A DNA stretch of 18,415 nt, from assembly GCA_041752695.1 (NCBI GenBank), contig JBGSVZ010000020.1:1-18415 (forward strand). Reading direction: 5' to 3'. A program made the translations under genes and the position numbers. The stretch's first letter is position 1, and each line of letters opens with the position of its first letter. The DNA is from Terrimicrobiaceae bacterium. GTDB lineage: Bacteria; Verrucomicrobiota; Verrucomicrobiia; Chthoniobacterales; Terrimicrobiaceae. Under the pieces are notes generated by a model. That model ran no database searches. It worked only from the letters and a program-made list of their open reading frames with translations, and was not told where the DNA came from. Of the stretch, positions 14,999-18,415 are shown one piece after another.

Positions 14999-15086
14999 AG
15001 CTATCTTGAGTCTCCCGCGATCCAAAAGGACGGAGATAGTGGCCTACGACTTTTTTCAGAGTTGAGAGCCATGTTCGTGGTGAGAG

Positions 15087-16625
15087 TTATGACCCTGTTT
15101 GCCCAGCCGTGGTTGTTTTTCCCTCCACGGTTCGGCGTGAACGACGATGGCCGCAGGCAAAAATGGTGCCCGCCAGGGCAAGCAAAAGAACCGAAGACGG
15201 TTCCGGAACGGGATTGACGCCGAGAACGAACGGAGAAAGCCCGGGAGTCGCTACCTGGATCGTATTGTTTACCTGATCGACTGTGCCAGCGAGAAGATCC
15301 CAGGTCGTCCCGTTGAAGTGGTAAATGACAAGGCTCCCCTCGTCGAAGTCCTCTGGGAGCAGGTCCGGGTTGTAGGCAAATGTGAGGTGAATTTCTCCCG
15401 TAAACTGTCCGTCAAACTCCAGCAGCCAAAGCTGCGCATCCGTGCCTGCCAGGGTGAAATCGATCGGCTCGAACTCGCCCTCCGCGATTCTGTCCTCGAT
15501 TTCGAATTCGTCGGCTTCAGAAAACTCAAAAAGAAACTCCCCGGCCTCATCCACGCCCTCGAACTCAAAGTCGCAGCCGCCGACATACGTCGTCCCTCCT
15601 CCCACGCTGCCGGAGGTGCCTGGGTCATCAAGCCCGCCCGCCGCGACCTGCGTCCCGGTGCGAATCCCGAGAACGACATCGAGGCTCACTGAGGAGCCCG
15701 CAACCAGAGTTCCAAGGGTCCACTGCTGGGCTCCGGCGACCCACTGGAATTCGGGCGCAAAACTATCCGTGCCGTTCAGAGCGTTGCCTTCGATGGAGAG
15801 ATGTACTCCCACCGAAGGTTTGCCGATGCTGTGGTTATCGCCGCTGACGCCATCATTGATGCCATAATATCCGAGTTCGACATCGGAAGGTGCCAGGGAC
15901 GACCCAAAGCCAATGTAGTCCTTAAATCCCTCACTCGACGCTCCCGCTGCGCCGATGGTGCTGGGATCAACCCCGGCAAGGGTTGTGTCGTAGCGATACC
16001 CGCCAAGTGATCCGGCATAGGTGCGGTCGTCATACACTCCGCTTTGACCGTTCAGATCATGCAAAAGCTGAAAAAGCTGCACATTCGTAATGTCCGATCC
16101 CGAAATATTTTCAACGGTGTAGGTCTGCTTGAGGACATAGCGATTACTATCCACGCTGACCCCCGCCCCTCCGGCTGACGCGGCCGTGTTGCCCATGGCC
16201 ATGCCTGTGATGGTATCCTGCATTTCGTAGTCAATGGTAATCTTAAGGTCTCCATTCTCGATGATTGATTGGGCAATTTCCAGGCCGGCGGCATTTGTGC
16301 CGGTCACGGCAATGCCGGAAACAACGTTGAAGTTGGAATTGGTCGTCCAGTCGGGATAAATGAAATTTTTCTCCAGCCAAACCGGTGCGACGGTCGTCCC
16401 ACCTACCGTGTATCCCACGGCCGCGCCCCACTCGCCAGAAAGGTATTCTCGGCCCACAAATCCCGGCGTCAGATCCCCGAGGTAGTCGGAATACCCGTAA
16501 TCGGTGAGATTGATCTGCCAACTCGGGTTGTTCAGCGTGATGGCGGAGGTATAAGTTTGGGCGTGAACCTCGAAGACCGAGGTTACCAGGCAGGTCAGGA
16601 TGGTGAGGGCGACTTTGGATTTCAT
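15087..16625 (-). CDS. PEP-CTERM sorting domain protein (512 aa)
   Basis: Signal peptide MKSKVALT...VHA and C-terminal VPEPSSVLLLALAG...RRSRR. Confidence 0.92.
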   Translation of the reverse strand: MKSKVALTILTCLVTSVFEVHAQTYTSAITLNNPSWQINLTDYGYSDYLGDLTPGFVGREYLSGEWGAAVGYTVGGTTVAPVWLEKNFIYPDWTTNSNFNVVSGIAVTGTNAAGLEIAQSIIENGDLKITIDYEMQDTITGMAMGNTAASAGGAGVSVDSNRYVLKQTYTVENISGSDITNVQLFQLLHDLNGQSGVYDDRTYAGSLGGYRYDTTLAGVDPSTIGAAGASSEGFKDYIGFGSSLAPSDVELGYYGINDGVSGDNHSIGKPSVGVHLSIEGNALNGTDSFAPEFQWVAGAQQWTLGTLVAGSSVSLDVVLGIRTGTQVAAGGLDDPGTSGSVGGGTTYVGGCDFEFEGVDEAGEFLFEFSEADEFEIEDRIAEGEFEPIDFTLAGTDAQLWLLEFDGQFTGEIHLTFAYNPDLLPEDFDEGSLVIYHFNGTTWDLLAGTVDQVNNTIQVATPGLSPFVLGVNPVPEPSSVLLLALAGTIFACGHRRSRRTVEGKTTTAGQTGS

Positions 16626-16712
16626 GATCGGGATGTAGGGCTTGAACTAACTACCGAGGATCGGGTTATTCGCAGCGTGTCGGTGGAAAATGACGTGAAG
16701 CCATGGGCTTTC

Positions 16713-16728
16713 ATGACGTCTATGTCAT
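16713..16728. promoter_or_regulatory. ATGAC-N6-GTCAT palindrome, candidate response-regulator box
   Basis: atgacgtctatgtcat lies about 90 bp upstream of the 16625 start, with a further aaaatgac half-site at 16687-16694. Confidence 0.4.
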
Positions 16729-16782
16729 TTTTTGGCTCACGGTCAGGGTTTGAGCAGGCAAAACCGCGACGAATCGGGGAAG

Positions 16783-16901
16783 TCAAAGACTACCATATTT
16801 GACGATGGCGGCGGGCGCTACGGACACGAATAGAGCCAGCGCGAAGCGAGGAGAACCGCCACAAAGCGGGGCAGCCGGGGAAGGATGGTGTTGGTTTTCC
16901 T
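16783..16901 (-). pseudogene. Degenerate 5' remnant of a secreted-protein gene
   Basis: AGG-KTNTILPRLPRFVAVLL, then after a frameshift FALALFVSVAPAAIVKY. Resembles an MKT... signal peptide with a mutated start codon. Confidence 0.35.
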
Positions 16902-17031
16902 GGCTGACTGCTAGGAATTTGCTGTTGAGGTGAAGGCCGTGGATAGAGTTCATGAACGGACCGGAAGCGGGGAAAAAGGGCTTGGAACCTTGCGCGCGGT
17001 GCAGTCGCTGCGCCGCACGAGCCCGCCCGTT

Positions 17032-17730
17032 TCAACCCCTGGCCCCGCGACGCATCAAGGCCAAGCCCGCTGCGGCTGCCATCAGCAGCAGCGCCGATGC
17101 CGGTTCGGGCACCGCCAAAGCAAGCGACACATTGTCAAAGCGAACCGTGGCCTGGTCGTTCTGCTGCGAGGCGGCGATGGTGCCCAGATACAAGGTGTGC
17201 AAGCCGGGTGACAGTTGCAGTTCCACCTGCTGGCCCAGATGCCAGGCGCTGGCGACGCCCTCGCTGCCATAGGTCTTGCTGAACGCTGCCTCCGCTACCG
17301 GCACATACCAGTTGTCGACCGCCACCTTGACGCCGTTTATGGCGTTGCCGTTGTAGGCATTTCCGAGCAGGAAGTCGAATGTCAGATCAAACGTACCACC
17401 CGCCCCGGCATCAAATTGCTGGTAAACGAAGTAGCGGTGGGTGGTCACGTGATTGCCGGCGGTGCTGAACAACAACTCGCCGTTAAAGACACCGGCGTTG
17501 TCGGTGTTGCTACTCAGATTGGTCCATCCTGTCGGCAGCGGGTTCGACGACAGCACCGGCTGATAGGTCTGCGCAAAGTCTCCGTTGGTCAGCAGGTTGG
17601 CTGCTGCCGCGTCCTGGGACGCAGCCGCCAGCATGGCGAACAGTAACAGGCCGACTCGGGCCAGCGGCTTCGTGGCATTCCTTGCGAGAACAAGCGATTT
17701 TGTTTTCATGGATGGTGTTTTTGTTTTCAT
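17032..17730 (-). CDS. PEP-CTERM sorting domain protein with a jelly-roll-like NLLTNGDF domain
   Basis: Signal peptide ending AAA-ANLLTNGDF, then FDNVSL, then VPEPASALLL...RR. Start is 17730 or 17709. Confidence 0.9.
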   Translation of the reverse strand: MKTKTPSMKTKSLVLARNATKPLARVGLLLFAMLAAASQDAAAANLLTNGDFAQTYQPVLSSNPLPTGWTNLSSNTDNAGVFNGELLFSTAGNHVTTHRYFVYQQFDAGAGGTFDLTFDFLLGNAYNGNAINGVKVAVDNWYVPVAEAAFSKTYGSEGVASAWHLGQQVELQLSPGLHTLYLGTIAASQQNDQATVRFDNVSLALAVPEPASALLLMAAAAGLALMRRGARG

Positions 17731-17792
17731 AGTTGGTGCTGATATTGACCTCGGAATTGCGATGCGTGTTCTCGACTTGATTGTTCTCACGA

Positions 17793-18276
17793 TCATGGAA
17801 CGACCTGGACCCGATAGAAACGTGCGCCCTGGGTGGGAGCGCCGCCGGTGAGCGTGAAGTCGTCGATGAAGCTCTGCGTGGAAGAAGCGCCGAGCGCGGC
17901 GGGATCGAGCTCACTCGCGATCGGCCGCGCGACATCTATGAACCCTCCGACGAGGTTGTCGCTGAACTGCACCCGGTAACGCACACCTCCCACGCTGGCC
18001 CAGGTGAAGGTATTCGACCCGTCGGCCTCGCAGGTGAGGCTGATGGAGTGGAGGCTGGAAGCCGCACTGACCGGGTCCGTGTTAGCCAGGAACTCCTGCA
18101 GGTTGGTGAAGCCATCACGATCATCATCGAGCGCCGGATCACCGCCGGTGGTGGTGCCGAAGTGGATTAATTCCCATGCGTTGGGCATACCATCGCCGTC
18201 ACTATCGGGCAGCGCGGTGACGTTGAGCGAAATTGCGGCGGACGCACTGGAGGAAAATCCATCGTTGACCCGGAAG
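17793..18276 (-). pseudogene. C-terminal fragment of a large secreted protein (Ig-like end + DxDxDG repeats + ...RFYRV tail)
   Basis: FRVNDG...ISLNV, DSDGDGMPNAWE, DDDRDGFTNLQEFLANTDP, TWASV...YRVQFS and RFYRVQV. No signal peptide, and the frame is closed just upstream of 18308. Confidence 0.7.
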
Positions 18277-18352
18277 CAACGGTGTTGAAGGTAGCTGCTA
18301 AGTGACAACGCTTATTCATAACGTTAAGGGGCCAGCAGCCCCGCCACGACCC

Positions 18353-18377
18353 TGGTTTTTCGGATATCGAAAAACCA
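18353..18377. repeat. Perfect 10-bp inverted repeat with 5-nt spacer
   Basis: tggtttttcg-gatat-cgaaaaacca. Confidence 0.7.
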
Positions 18378-18415
18378 TTCCTTTGATGGGAAGGCAAAAA
18401 AGAACGGCATTTCTG

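Noticed and set aside
18301..18330. dif (XerC/D) site
   Set aside because: Partial matches to the two arms cannot be placed with the required 6-bp spacer.

Overview
Accessory region, probably from a Verrucomicrobiota/PVC-type genome (inferred from three PEP-CTERM proteins, MKTK-type signal peptides and a DxDxDG...RFYRV C-terminal module). Bases 1-139 are the left end of an IS3-family element on the - strand, which interrupts the first gene of an integron-type cassette array (about 140-3116, + strand). The array has five attC sites (483-608, 990-1169, 1483-1595, 2104-2229, 2975-3075). Each complete cassette's R'' is complementary to its own entry R' box, all five sites share a GGGACGTT end, and some cores are non-canonical (GAAC/GTTC). 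Cargo: two membrane/secreted hypotheticals, a degenerate cassette, a MetF-like methylenetetrahydrofolate reductase and a sixth cassette cut off after about 13 codons. No integrase lies in the window. The rest is almost all - strand: rhodanese-YceI fusion, RAYT/Y1 transposase remnant (+), cohesin-like PEP-CTERM protein, secreted TPR protein, ferritin-like + phosphoglycosyl transferase pair, HAF-repeat protein, LamG/beta-helix enzyme, truncated serine hydrolase, cytochrome b, two more PEP-CTERM proteins and further gene fragments. All assignments come from motif recognition by eye; no searches were run.
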